Shown: positions 1 through 9,621, counted from the first letter of the stretch. The stretch is 64,000 nucleotides of DNA from Gammaproteobacteria bacterium (GCA_965237805.1 OZ250153.1:64001-128000); one strand, 5' to 3'. Notes: generated by a model not told the origin, from the letters alone. Translations and numbers: made by a program.

Positions 1-302
1 CCCAGCTGCTGGAGCAGCAACACTTCTTGGTCGAGACGGCGGCACCGTTTCCCGATAGCCTGCTCGACCAGCACGCCGCTTGCCAGCGGCGGGACGCCAC
101 ATCGGTGGAAATACCACTGGGTCGCGACCAATCGCTACAGGAGATGCTGGCTCCGCTGAGCGAGGCCGGGGTGCGAGTCACGAGTATCCGGCCAGCGAAA
201 AATCGATTGGAGCAATTCTTCCTATCGCAGACTAGGCCTCACGCAGCATTGCGCAGCTCGTCCTCGGACGCAGCTGCCGCCGAACAGGCTACCCAGCTGT
301 AA
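1..302 (+). CDS. ABC transporter ATP-binding protein, C-terminal part (YadG-like), truncated by window edge
   Basis: Frame is open from the window start. C-terminal 'SIRPAKNRLEQFF' resembles the YadG-family tail, and it lies directly upstream of an ABC-2 permease. Confidence 0.65.
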   Translation, partial: QLLEQQHFLVETAAPFPDSLLDQHAACQRRDATSVEIPLGRDQSLQEMLAPLSEAGVRVTSIRPAKNRLEQFFLSQTRPHAALRSSSSDAAAAEQATQL

Positions 303-321
303 GCGGGGCATCTAGGCGCGG

Positions 322-1101
322 GTGGCATCGGTGATAAACGCACAATATGTGGCCTTGACGACGATTGTTCGGCATGAAGTGCGTCGTGTGTTGCGTATCT
401 GGAGCCAGACCTTGGTGCCGCCAATGATCACCATCAGCCTGTATTTTCTCATTTTTGGCGGCTTTATCGGCTCGCGAATTGGCACCATGGATGGCCAACC
501 CTACCTCGACTTCATCGGGCCTGGACTGATCATATTAGCCATCATAAACAACTCATATATGAATGTTTCATCTTCAGTTTTTAGTTTCAAGATACAGCGT
601 AGTATTGAGGAGATTTTGGTTTCCCCAGCACACCCGTTGACCATTTTGGCTGGTTTTGTGCTCGGCGGAGTGTTTCGCGGTTGCCTAGTCGGCCTGCTGG
701 CTACCGGTGTGGTTTATCTGTTCGCGCGCCCGGCTTTTCACAATGTGCCACTGACACTGGCGGTGGCAGTCATGACTGCCTTGTTATTCTCGCTGGCGGG
801 CTTCATCAACGGTGCCTATGCCCGTAATTTTGACGATATCAGCTTGGTGCCAACCTTTGTGCTGATGCCGCTGATCTATCTCGGTGGGGTGTTCTACTCG
901 GTGCAGCTGTTACCAGATGTTTGGCTCAGGCTGTCCTTGCTCAACCCCATTCTCTATTTGGTCAACGCATTGCGTTACGGCATGCTGGGGGTCTCTGATG
1001 TGCCGCCGAGCTATGCGGTCGGCATGTCCCTGCTGTTGATTGCCCTCGCCATCGCCTTCGGGCTCTATTTGTTGCGTGCCAATGGGCCGTTGCGGCAGTA
1101 A
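322..1101 (+). CDS. yadH: ABC-2 type transporter permease (YadH-like)
   Basis: 259 aa, multiple TM segments; motifs 'RIWSQTLVPP', 'SIEEILVSP', 'LGGVFYS', 'NPILYLVNALRYG'. Confidence 0.85.
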   Translation: MASVINAQYVALTTIVRHEVRRVLRIWSQTLVPPMITISLYFLIFGGFIGSRIGTMDGQPYLDFIGPGLIILAIINNSYMNVSSSVFSFKIQRSIEEILVSPAHPLTILAGFVLGGVFRGCLVGLLATGVVYLFARPAFHNVPLTLAVAVMTALLFSLAGFINGAYARNFDDISLVPTFVLMPLIYLGGVFYSVQLLPDVWLRLSLLNPILYLVNALRYGMLGVSDVPPSYAVGMSLLLIALAIAFGLYLLRANGPLRQ

Positions 1102-1296
1102 AGCAGTGCCGGACACATTCCGCGGCGAGGCTCTGCTGGGAGGCAATGAATTTCCAGATGGGTTAGAATACGAGCTGTCACTTGCTGTGACCGTCAACTG
1201 CAACTTGGAACTTGGATCTATCTGACTCCGATTCAGTTGTGGATCACAAGACATGCAGACAAACCGTTCAGCCACCATTTGGAGATGCGCTGCACC

Positions 1297-1545
1297 ATGA
1301 GTAGTAGTGTTGAGGAAAAAGTCAAGAAGATCACCGCCGATAAACTTGGTCTCGAGGTAGAAAAGATTGATATCAAAGCTGCGTTCACCGAGGATTTGGG
1401 CGCTGATTCGCTGGATACAGTTGAACTTGTCATCGCCTTTGAAGAGGAATTCCACACCGAGATCTCCGATGAGGATGCCGAGCAAATCACCACGATCCAA
1501 GCTGCTGTCACCTACATTCAGAAGCACTTGGACAAAGCGGGTTAA
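1297..1545 (+). CDS. acpP: Acyl carrier protein
   Basis: '[13 protein letters not shown]' phosphopantetheine motif. ATG at 1297 with GGAG upstream. Confidence 0.95.
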   Translation: MSSSVEEKVKKITADKLGLEVEKIDIKAAFTEDLGADSLDTVELVIAFEEEFHTEISDEDAEQITTIQAAVTYIQKHLDKAG

Positions 1546-1642
1546 TCCGCTAGCGACGCGACTTGTTGCCGGTCAGGCCGCGCTTTGCCTCACCACCATC
1601 TTGATGTTCTCCAGTGCCCTGCTTAGCCCCCAAGCCTGATTC

Positions 1643-2890
1643 ATGCGCGGCGAGCGACGGGTAGTCGTCACTGGCTTAGGTTTGGTTTCGCCGCTAGGAC
1701 TCAATGTTGACGACAGTTGGCGCACCCTGCTGTCAGGGCATAGCGGCATCCGTCCTATCGCCGCCTTCGATGCCAGCCAATGGCCGACGCGCATCGCTGG
1801 CGAAGTATGGGGTTTTGATCCCTCAGCTTGGCTAAGCCCGCAGGAGACCAAGCGCAGCGACCTGTTCATCCAATATGCGGTCGCTGCCAGCACCCAGGCC
1901 TTGCAGGATGCTGGCCTGATACCGGAGCCGGATCGGCCAGAGCGCATTGGTGTCTTCATCGGCACCGGGGTCGGTGGCATCGGCACCACTGAAAGGGCGG
2001 TGGCAACCCTGTCTGAGCAGGGGGTGCGCCGAGTGTCTCCCTTCACTGTGACTGGCATGGGGCACAACATGGCCAGTGGCTTGCTGGCGGCGCGATTCGG
2101 CCTGTGTGGCCCCAATCTCTCAGTCTGTTCAGCCTGTGCCAGTGGCACACACTCCATCGGGATGGCGGCGCGGGCGATTTGCTACGGCGATGCCGATGCC
2201 ATGGTTGCCGGTGGTGCCGAGGCCGGTGTCACCCCCATCGGCATCGCCGCTTTCTCGGCGATGCGCGCCCTGTCGCAGCACAATGAGTCGCCCGCCGCTG
2301 CCAGTCGTCCGTGGCACTTGGAGCGCGACGGTTTTGTCGCTGGTGCCGGTGCTGGCGCACTGTTGTTGGAAGAGCGGGAGCGAGCCCTTCAGCGCGGGGC
2401 AACTATCTACGCTGAGCTACTGGGCTTCTCCGCCACCGATGACGGTGTCCATATCGCCGCGCCGCCAAAAGATGGAGACGGTGCGAGACGGGCGATGTCG
2501 CTGGCCTTGGCGGATGCCGAGATCGAGGCAGGGGAGGTCGACCATATCAATGCCCATGCCACCGCGACGCCACTCGGCGATATCGCCGAGGTTCGCGCTA
2601 TCCGTTCGGTGTTCCCGAGGCGGTCGGGCGGTATCGCCGTCAGCGCGACAAAATCGATGACGGGCCACATGCTCGGTGCTGCCGGTGCTATCGAGGCGAT
2701 CTTCACGGTGTTGGCGCTGCGAGACCAGGTGGTGCCGCCGACCATCAACTTGGATCGGCTCGATCCAGAATGCGTCCTCGACTGGGTGTCGGCAGAGGCG
2801 CGGGAGTGGCCAATGCGCTATGCCATCAGCAATTCCTTCGGCTTTGGTGGTGCCAATAGTGTGCTACTGTTCGGTTGTGGCGAGGGCTGA
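1643..2890 (+). CDS. fabF: 3-oxoacyl-ACP synthase II
   Basis: 'RRVVVTGLG', catalytic 'SACASG', 'HINAHATAT', 'KSMTGH', 'SNSFGFGG'; follows acpP. Confidence 0.95.
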   Translation: MRGERRVVVTGLGLVSPLGLNVDDSWRTLLSGHSGIRPIAAFDASQWPTRIAGEVWGFDPSAWLSPQETKRSDLFIQYAVAASTQALQDAGLIPEPDRPERIGVFIGTGVGGIGTTERAVATLSEQGVRRVSPFTVTGMGHNMASGLLAARFGLCGPNLSVCSACASGTHSIGMAARAICYGDADAMVAGGAEAGVTPIGIAAFSAMRALSQHNESPAAASRPWHLERDGFVAGAGAGALLLEERERALQRGATIYAELLGFSATDDGVHIAAPPKDGDGARRAMSLALADAEIEAGEVDHINAHATATPLGDIAEVRAIRSVFPRRSGGIAVSATKSMTGHMLGAAGAIEAIFTVLALRDQVVPPTINLDRLDPECVLDWVSAEAREWPMRYAISNSFGFGGANSVLLFGCGEG

Positions 2891-2918
2891 GCGTCGCCCC
2901 GGCACCCGAGGAGTTGCG

Positions 2919-3926
2919 GTGTTCTCCCCCGGACTGATCAGAGGTACGGCTTTGGTGACAGCTCTGCTCGCAGCTGTCGCAATTGTCGATTGGCACTACC
3001 TGCACTATCCGTTGCGCACCCACGGCGAGGCGTTCTCGGTCCTCGTGCTGCCGGGCGCTTCCTTAAATCAAGTGGTATCGGACTTGAATCGGCGCACCCT
3101 CCTGCGTCAGCCGCACCTATTCAACTGGCATGCTCGTGCCGTCGGGCTACACCTGAAATTGATTGCCGGGCGCTATCTGTTGCCCGGCGATAGCTCCCCG
3201 CTGCAGCTGATCAGAACCCTCAGATCATTGCCCAATGTCCATGAAGAGGCCACCTTGGTGGAGGGCTGGACGCTAGCGCAGGCCCGTGCCGAACTCCATG
3301 CCAACTATGCCCGGGCGACGTTGGTGGGGCTGGTGGATCGGGCTTTACTCAAGCGCCTCGGGATCACTGGCTTCCGATCGGCGGAGGGGTTGTTCTTCCC
3401 GGACACCTATCACTACGCTACCGGTGTCAGCGAAGAGCTGGTGCTGCGCCAAGCACATCTGCGCATGATGGAGCTGTTGTCCGAAGAGTGGGAGGCGCGC
3501 TCGCCTGAGCAGCCCTACGAGACGGCCTACCAAGCCTTGATCGCGGCCTCGATTATCGAGCGTGAGACCGGACTCAGCGAGGAGCGCGGCCAGATCGCCG
3601 GGGTGATCGCCCGGCGCCTGCAACGCGGTATGAGATTGGAGATGGATCCGACGGTGGCCTATGGCTTGGGCGATGCGTTGCAGGGCAAATTAACCCGCAC
3701 ACACTTGGCCGATGCCCGCAATCCCTACAACACCTACCGTCACGCTGGTCTGCCGCCGACCCCGATCTGCCTGCCCAGCCGCGCCTCGATCCATGCCGCG
3801 TTGAACCCGGTGCCCGGAGACAGTCTCTACTTCGTTGCCCGCGGCGATGGCAGCCATCGCTTCTCGGCCACCTTGGCGCAGCACAAGGCCGCTGTGCGCA
3901 GCTATCGGGCGAGCCTCAAGCAATGA
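2919..3926 (+). CDS. mltG: Endolytic transglycosylase MltG (YceG)
   Basis: N-terminal TM, 'ASIIERET', 'LEMDPT', 'YNTYRHAGLPPTPI'. GTG start chosen after GAGGAG at 2908-2913. Confidence 0.9.
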   Translation: MFSPGLIRGTALVTALLAAVAIVDWHYLHYPLRTHGEAFSVLVLPGASLNQVVSDLNRRTLLRQPHLFNWHARAVGLHLKLIAGRYLLPGDSSPLQLIRTLRSLPNVHEEATLVEGWTLAQARAELHANYARATLVGLVDRALLKRLGITGFRSAEGLFFPDTYHYATGVSEELVLRQAHLRMMELLSEEWEARSPEQPYETAYQALIAASIIERETGLSEERGQIAGVIARRLQRGMRLEMDPTVAYGLGDALQGKLTRTHLADARNPYNTYRHAGLPPTPICLPSRASIHAALNPVPGDSLYFVARGDGSHRFSATLAQHKAAVRSYRASLKQ

Positions 3927-4606
3927 CAAGCAGGCGTGGGCGCTTCGTGGTTCTGGAGGGAGGCGAGGGTGCCGGGAAGAGTCGCAGTTTGCAGTACTTG
4001 GAAGGGCGCTTGCGGCGCTTGGGGATCGGCGTGCTCTGCTCCCGGGAGCCGGGTGGCACACCGCTGGCTGAGGAGCTGCGGCAGCTGTTGTTGGCGCAGC
4101 GCGAAGAGCCTGTGGACCCCATCGCCGAGCTGCTACTGATTTTCGCTGCGCGTGCGCAACACTTGGCTCATCGCATCCGTCCGGCGCTGATGCGCGGTGA
4201 TTGGGTGCTGTGTGACCGTTTTACCGATTCCAGCTATGCTTATCAGGGGGTCGGTCGTGGTTTGGGTGCTGCACCAGTGATGCAATTGGAGAAATTGGTG
4301 CAGGGCTCGCTGCGCCCAGATCAAGTGTTGTTATTAGATTTGCCGCCCGAGCTGGGTGTGCAGCGTGCCGATGCCCCTCAGCGCCGAGCCTCGGGGCAGC
4401 CGGTCGCGGCAGCGACGTTGCCCGGCGACCGCATTGGCGAGGAAGCTTTGGCTTTTCACCGCCGGGTGCGCAGCTGCTATCTGGCACGTGCGGCGGCGGC
4501 ACCCCATCGCTACCGCCTGATCGACGCGAGTCGCCCTTGGGAGGCTGTGCGCGGCAGTTTGCAACGCAGCTTGGACGCCCTGTTGGACGCCGATGACCAG
4601 CCTTAG
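3923..4606 (+). CDS. tmk: Thymidylate kinase
   Basis: P-loop 'EGGEGAGKS', 'REPGG', 'CDRFTDSSYAYQG'; ATGA overlap with mltG. Confidence 0.95.
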   Translation: MTSRRGRFVVLEGGEGAGKSRSLQYLEGRLRRLGIGVLCSREPGGTPLAEELRQLLLAQREEPVDPIAELLLIFAARAQHLAHRIRPALMRGDWVLCDRFTDSSYAYQGVGRGLGAAPVMQLEKLVQGSLRPDQVLLLDLPPELGVQRADAPQRRASGQPVAAATLPGDRIGEEALAFHRRVRSCYLARAAAAPHRYRLIDASRPWEAVRGSLQRSLDALLDADDQP

Positions 4607-5597
4607 CCCAGGCGAGAGCCTGCCGCCTTGGCTGCGGGACAGCATGGCGCAGCTATTCGCCCCTTTCGCCCAGCAGCGCGCCCCCCACGCCCTGTTGCTC
4701 AGCGCCCCCGAGGGCGGCGGCTTGGAGCTGCTGTGTCGACAGCTGATCGGGCGCCTGCTGTGCCATGGCGCTGCAGCGGAGGACATCGCGCCCTGCGGTC
4801 ATTGCCGCTCATGCCACTGGTTGCACACTGAGGGCGGGGGGTACCACCCCGATCTGCACTGTACGATGCCCGCAAGAGCAGGTGCTCAGATCACCGTTGA
4901 CCCGTTGCGTGCGGTCATCAATTTTGTCAACACCACATCGCATCAAGGCGGCTGGCGCATCGCTTGGCTGATGCCGGCCGAGTGCATGAATACCAAGGCA
5001 GCCAACGCTTTGCTCAAGAGCTTGGAGGAGCCGCCATCGCAGCTGCTGTTTCTGTTGGCCAGCCACAATCCGTGGCTGTTGCCAGCCACCGTACGCTCGC
5101 GTTGCCAGCAGCACAGCTTGCCGATGCCGACACCGTCCGCTGCGTTGGCTTGGCTCGGCGAGTGCGGTTTGGACGCTGAGTTGGCAGTCGCCGCGCTGGC
5201 TGCTTCCCGCGGGCTACCGTTGGCGGCACTGGCCATGCAGCGCGCTGGTCAGCTCGAGCTGCTCGCGGCGCGCCGCCGCGACTGGGAGCGCTTGCTCGTG
5301 CGGCGGCAGGGGGTCTCGGCGCTCGCTGCGGCTTGGCAGGATGACGCCGAGCAGCTGCTGCTTTGGCTCGCCGATTGGCTCAGCGAAGCCATTCGGCACG
5401 AGCTCTCCGATGGCCGCGCCTTGGCCGGTCTGTCGGCTGCTTTCGAGTCGGTGTTGCAGTCTCGGCACCTGCTGGGGGCGCATGCCGCGACCAATCTGCG
5501 TCCGCGCCTGGTGCTCGAGCAGCTGTTGCACCAGTGTCTGCACAGTGTGTCGCCAGCTGTTGGGCGGGCAGTGGTGGGCAGGCGCGGCGATGTTTGA
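4593..5597 (+). CDS. holB: DNA polymerase III subunit delta'
   Basis: Zn motif 'CGHCRSC', 'AANALLKSLEEPP', 'TVRSRC'; follows tmk. Confidence 0.9.
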   Translation: MTSLSPGESLPPWLRDSMAQLFAPFAQQRAPHALLLSAPEGGGLELLCRQLIGRLLCHGAAAEDIAPCGHCRSCHWLHTEGGGYHPDLHCTMPARAGAQITVDPLRAVINFVNTTSHQGGWRIAWLMPAECMNTKAANALLKSLEEPPSQLLFLLASHNPWLLPATVRSRCQQHSLPMPTPSAALAWLGECGLDAELAVAALAASRGLPLAALAMQRAGQLELLAARRRDWERLLVRRQGVSALAAAWQDDAEQLLLWLADWLSEAIRHELSDGRALAGLSAAFESVLQSRHLLGAHAATNLRPRLVLEQLLHQCLHSVSPAVGRAVVGRRGDV

Positions 5598-6645
5598 TCG
5601 TGGTCTGATCGAGGGCTTCTACGGGCGCATGTGGACTTGGCGCCAGCGCCACACCATATTGCCCTTTATGCGTCGGCATGGCTTCGACAGCTATATCTAT
5701 GCGCCCAAAGGAGATGCCAGACTGCGCCAGCTTTGGCAGCGCGACTGGCCGTTGCGCCAGCGGCGGTCACTGGCCAGTCACCGCGCCGCATGTCGCGCTG
5801 CCGGGCTGCGCTGGGGCGTGGGGCTGAGTCCACTATGCGATGTCGATGGCATGGTAGACAGCGCTGCGTTGCGTCGCCGCCTCGACCAGCTGGCGGCTTT
5901 GGAACCTGACTTGCTGTGCCTGCTGTTTGACGATAGCAAAATCGTCGACGGTGCCGCCGCGCGCCAAGCGCAGCTCGTCGCCGAGGCGCGGCAGCAGCTG
6001 GGAGCCTCGGTGCGGCTGATTGTCTGTCCCAGCTACTACTCCACCGATCCGGTGCTGGCACAACTGTTCGGTCCGATGCCGGAGGCGTATTTAGAGCAGC
6101 TCGGCCAAGCCCTCGCGCCCGACATCGATGTGTTCTGGACTGGAGAGCGCGTCTGCAGCGCTGATTTTTCGGCACCGCATCTGCGCTGGGTCGGCGAGTT
6201 GTTGCGGCGCACGCCGGTGCTGTGGGACAACTACCCAGTGAACGATGGCCGCCACAGTTGCCGGCACCTGCATCTGTTGCCATTTCCGCCGCGCCCGGCG
6301 CATTTGTGTGAGCTGGCCAGTGGGCATTTCATCAACCCGATGAACCAGAGTCGATTGTCACAGTTGCCACTGGCGGTGCTCGGGCGCTGTCCCGATGGCA
6401 GTGCCGAGGCTGTCGCGCAGCACTGGTCAGCGGCGCTGACCGAGCTGTACAGCGCACCGCTGGCGGCACTGCTCTCACGCGATGCCCAGCGCTTCGCAAC
6501 GGGTGGTTTGGATGCGTTGACAGCGCTGCAACGCCGACACCTGAGTGCCGAATACGGGCGCGTGTCCGAGCCGGCCGCGCGCGAAATCAGGGAATGGTTA
6601 GACGGCGACTACGCCTTTGATCCGGCTTGCCTCAGCGCGGTCTAG
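5590..6645 (+). CDS. GH84-type beta-N-acetylglucosaminidase domain protein
   Basis: 'GLIEGFYG', 'YIYAPKGD', catalytic 'LLFDD', 'WTG', 'WDNYPVND'. No signal peptide seen. ATG at 5590 overlaps the holB end. Confidence 0.8.
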   Translation: MFDRGLIEGFYGRMWTWRQRHTILPFMRRHGFDSYIYAPKGDARLRQLWQRDWPLRQRRSLASHRAACRAAGLRWGVGLSPLCDVDGMVDSAALRRRLDQLAALEPDLLCLLFDDSKIVDGAAARQAQLVAEARQQLGASVRLIVCPSYYSTDPVLAQLFGPMPEAYLEQLGQALAPDIDVFWTGERVCSADFSAPHLRWVGELLRRTPVLWDNYPVNDGRHSCRHLHLLPFPPRPAHLCELASGHFINPMNQSRLSQLPLAVLGRCPDGSAEAVAQHWSAALTELYSAPLAALLSRDAQRFATGGLDALTALQRRHLSAEYGRVSEPAAREIREWLDGDYAFDPACLSAV

Positions 6646-6667
6646 TGAGCGTGGTCGTCGGCGACCG

Positions 6668-6673
6668 TACAAT
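6668..6673 (+). promoter_or_regulatory. Putative sigma70 -10 element for tRNA-Ser
   Basis: TACAAT 11 nt upstream of the tRNA 5' end; no clear -35. Confidence 0.45.
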
Positions 6674-6684
6674 TATCGCCGCTA

Positions 6685-6772
6685 GGTGAGGTGTCCGAGT
6701 GGCCGAAGGAGCGCGCTTGGAAAGCGCGTACAGGCTTATCCCCTGTCGAGGGTTCGAATCCCTCCCTCACCG
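6685..6772 (+). tRNA. tRNA-Ser(GGA); 3' CCA not encoded
   Basis: Acceptor GGTGAGG/CCTCACC, anticodon arm CGCGC-TTGGAAA-GCGCG, long variable arm, T-loop GGTTCGAATCC, discriminator G. Confidence 0.95.
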
Positions 6773-6789
6773 CGCGTTGCGCCCTCGCC

Positions 6790-7359
6790 TCAGAAAAATA
6801 ATCCGACAGTGGGGCCGGTGACCACATTCCAATCCAGTAGCACTTCACGCCGCAGCATGCGGTAGCTGTCGTCTGTCGCCAGCAGCTGGTCTTCGCGTCG
6901 CCCGGTGTAGACATCGCGCCGTCCATGGCGGCTGTAGTACAGCAACAGGTTGTTGCGGACCGTGAGTTGGTCGCCATCGATGGCGACCAATTCGACATTG
7001 CTGACAAAACGGCGGGTGAAAGGCGGTGGGTTATCGCTCCAAGAGATGCTTTTTTTTGCGCGGTCTGCGCGCATCAATAGCTGGAAGTTGTTTTCATCGC
7101 GCATCGGATTGTCGTGGGCACCGACACCGCTGGTCTCACGGGCAATGTTGTGTGCTTCATCGTCGCCCTCGCTACCGGTCTGCCGCTCGGCGGCAGGAAC
7201 AAAGCGGCTCAGCACCACATAGCGCACGCTTTGCTCCAGCAGGCCATGCCACTCCATGTAGCGGCGCTCGTCGAGCAACCGCGCCTCCCGGTAGTAAAAC
7301 TGCTGCAGGGTGCAGAGCAGGGCTGGATCAGCCAGCGGCGCGGTCTTGGTGGTGCTCAC
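6790..7359 (-). CDS. Aromatic ring-hydroxylating dioxygenase beta subunit
   Basis: 'FYYREARLLDERRY', 'SWSDNPPPFTRRFVSNV', 'GRREDQL', 'RREVLLD'; coupled to the alpha subunit. Confidence 0.9.
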   Translation of the reverse strand: MSTTKTAPLADPALLCTLQQFYYREARLLDERRYMEWHGLLEQSVRYVVLSRFVPAAERQTGSEGDDEAHNIARETSGVGAHDNPMRDENNFQLLMRADRAKKSISWSDNPPPFTRRFVSNVELVAIDGDQLTVRNNLLLYYSRHGRRDVYTGRREDQLLATDDSYRMLRREVLLDWNVVTGPTVGLFF

Positions 7360-8639
7360 TACGCCACGGCTTGGGTGCCTGCGAGATCGTCCCGCCAGCG
7401 CTGATAAAAACTGCGCGCATAGTGCTCGTTATAGCAGCTGCCGACGAGGCCTGGCAATTCGGGGTGCTCGCGTTCCTCGCCGCGACCCAAGCCGTAGTAG
7501 TACGGGCGGTCGCTCAGCGACACGATGCTACTGCCGACATGCTGTTGCATCCAAGCATCACTGTCTTCTTGCTCCAGCGCGCCGCCGGGGCCGAAAAAGA
7601 AGATGTACTGTTTGCGCAAGCTGTCGCGGACTTCATCCGGTGCATCGCGCGGCGCAACCCACCACGACCACACTTCCACCTCGCCGGGTCCGCGCGGATG
7701 GGAGACGCGCAAGGTGGCGTTGGAGCCGATGATCGACAAATTGGGGTAGACCCCGAGCGTCAACGGCTTGATGCGGGCGTGGCGAGGTGACAGGCGCTCG
7801 GCCAGCTGCTTTTGCACATCCAACAGATATTCCTGTAGCACCGGGTTCGGTTCGATGACACCCTCCAGCCCCCAAGAGCGCTGCTCGTCGGAACTGTCCT
7901 CCGGCATATAGCGCACAGCGGCACCGTGTCCGGGTGCCGCCACCGTCGTCAGGCCGTAGTCCTCAACTTCCTTGACGCCCTGAACACCGCCGATCAGGGC
8001 ACCGTGCAGAAAGGGGGCGTGGCCAGCATCGCCGAGCTGATTTTCCACCGGCAGTTTCCAGTTGCTGTGCAGGCACCATTTATGTGGCGGCCCGACCAGC
8101 TCGATGCCGCCGGGGAAGCGTTGTAAAAAGCATTCCAGATAGAACTTCATGTCGCCGAGATACTCGTCCAACGATGGAGCCTCGGGATCCATGTTGCCGA
8201 ATACCAGACCTTCGTATTGGTCGATGCGGGGCACTTTGTTCAAACCCAAGCCGCTGAGATCTGGCAGCCGCTCAAGCGCGCGTTCTTGCGGCACTTTGTT
8301 CAGTTGGCCGTCGACGCTGTAGACCCACCCGTGGTAGGGGCAGACAAAATACTTGGCATTGCCTTGATCGTTGCGGCACACTGGCAGGCCGCGGTGCGAG
8401 CAGCTGTTGATGTTGGCATGGATGGCACCGTCCTCACCGCGGGCGACGATGATTGGGGTTTCGCCCATGAAAGTGGTGAAATAATCGCCGGTCTCAGCCA
8501 CTTGGTCACGGTGGCACAAAAACAACCAGTTGCGGTTGAAAATACGCTGTTGTTCCAGCTCGTAGATCGACTGCTCGCTGAAGACGCGCCGACTGATGTG
8601 GCAGTAATCGTCACTGACCAGCTGCGATAAGCTCTGCAT
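7359..8639 (-). CDS. Aromatic ring-hydroxylating dioxygenase alpha subunit (Rieske oxygenase)
   Basis: Rieske 'CSHRG...CPYHGW', mononuclear Fe site 'NWKLPVENQLGDAGHAPFLH' and 'EQEDSD'. Confidence 0.92.
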   Translation of the reverse strand: MQSLSQLVSDDYCHISRRVFSEQSIYELEQQRIFNRNWLFLCHRDQVAETGDYFTTFMGETPIIVARGEDGAIHANINSCSHRGLPVCRNDQGNAKYFVCPYHGWVYSVDGQLNKVPQERALERLPDLSGLGLNKVPRIDQYEGLVFGNMDPEAPSLDEYLGDMKFYLECFLQRFPGGIELVGPPHKWCLHSNWKLPVENQLGDAGHAPFLHGALIGGVQGVKEVEDYGLTTVAAPGHGAAVRYMPEDSSDEQRSWGLEGVIEPNPVLQEYLLDVQKQLAERLSPRHARIKPLTLGVYPNLSIIGSNATLRVSHPRGPGEVEVWSWWVAPRDAPDEVRDSLRKQYIFFFGPGGALEQEDSDAWMQQHVGSSIVSLSDRPYYYGLGRGEEREHPELPGLVGSCYNEHYARSFYQRWRDDLAGTQAVA

Positions 8640-8695
8640 AGGCTAAATGTCCCCAGCAGGTAATTGGACTCAGCATAGCACAAAATCTGGGGGCT

Positions 8696-9514
8696 TTACC
8701 CCGCTCCGGCGGCAAAGGCGAAGAAGCGCTCGGCGGTCGCGCTCGTCTCCAGAGCAAGCTCTGCCTGCGGACGTCCGGCGGCAGTCGCCACGGCGCGCAG
8801 GATGTGGGGTAGGGCACAGGGCTCGTTGCGGGAGGATTGAGCGACCACGCCCGGCGGCAGGTCGCGCGGCAGCAGATAGGGGGCATCGGTCTCGATCATC
8901 AGCCGGTGGCGCGGGATCTCAGGCAGCAATGGGTGCAGGTGGGTGCCGCGCCGAGGATCACACAGCCAACCGGTCAGACCGATGTGCAGATCCAAATCTA
9001 AATAACCGAACAGGGCGTCGCGGTCACCGGTAAAGCAATGGATGACGGCGTTGCCCAACTGGTCGCGGTGGGCGCGCAGCAGCTCCAGCATCGGCTGTGC
9101 GGCATCGCGCTCGTGCAGAAACAGCGGCAGGCCGATGTCGGCAGCCAGCTCCAATTGCCGCTCCAAGGCAAAGCGCTGTTGTGCGGTCGATGCCAAATTG
9201 CGATTGAAATCTAAGCCGGCCTCGCCGATGGCCAAGACTTCGGGTGTTCGCGCCAAGCTGCGCAGCTGGTCGAGCAGATCGGCGCTACAGTCAGCGGCGT
9301 GGTGTGGGTGCAGGCCGGCAGTGGCGTAGAGCAAATCCGGCTCGGCGCGAGCCAGCATCAGCGCCTGCTCGCTACTGTCCGCGTCGGCACCGGTGACCAC
9401 GATGCGTGCGACCCCGTTGTCGCGGGCGCGTTGTAGCACTTGTGGCAGATCCCGCTCGAAGGCGGGGTGGCTGAGATTGGCGCCGATGTCGATCAACGAC
9501 GCGTGTGCTTCCAT
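8696..9514 (-). CDS. tatD: TatD family DNase/hydrolase
   Basis: 'LIDIGANL', 'GLHPH', 'GEAGLD', 'FLHER', 'IHCFTG', 'ETDAPY'. Start may be 9523. Confidence 0.88.
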   Translation of the reverse strand: MEAHASLIDIGANLSHPAFERDLPQVLQRARDNGVARIVVTGADADSSEQALMLARAEPDLLYATAGLHPHHAADCSADLLDQLRSLARTPEVLAIGEAGLDFNRNLASTAQQRFALERQLELAADIGLPLFLHERDAAQPMLELLRAHRDQLGNAVIHCFTGDRDALFGYLDLDLHIGLTGWLCDPRRGTHLHPLLPEIPRHRLMIETDAPYLLPRDLPPGVVAQSSRNEPCALPHILRAVATAAGRPQAELALETSATAERFFAFAAGAG

Positions 9515-9621
9515 CTGTGCCATGCCAGCCTCTGCGGGGGACACCCCAGCCGATGCCGTATTATCTTGTGCCATCCCACTCCACCGCAATATGCGCGAGC
9601 CTGCCAGTGTCGGATACCGCA

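Noticed and set aside
8432-8441. CCTCACCGCG matching the tRNA-Ser 3' end, as a possible att duplication
   Set aside because: Only 10 bp, lies inside the dioxygenase coding sequence and no integrase is present; consistent with chance.
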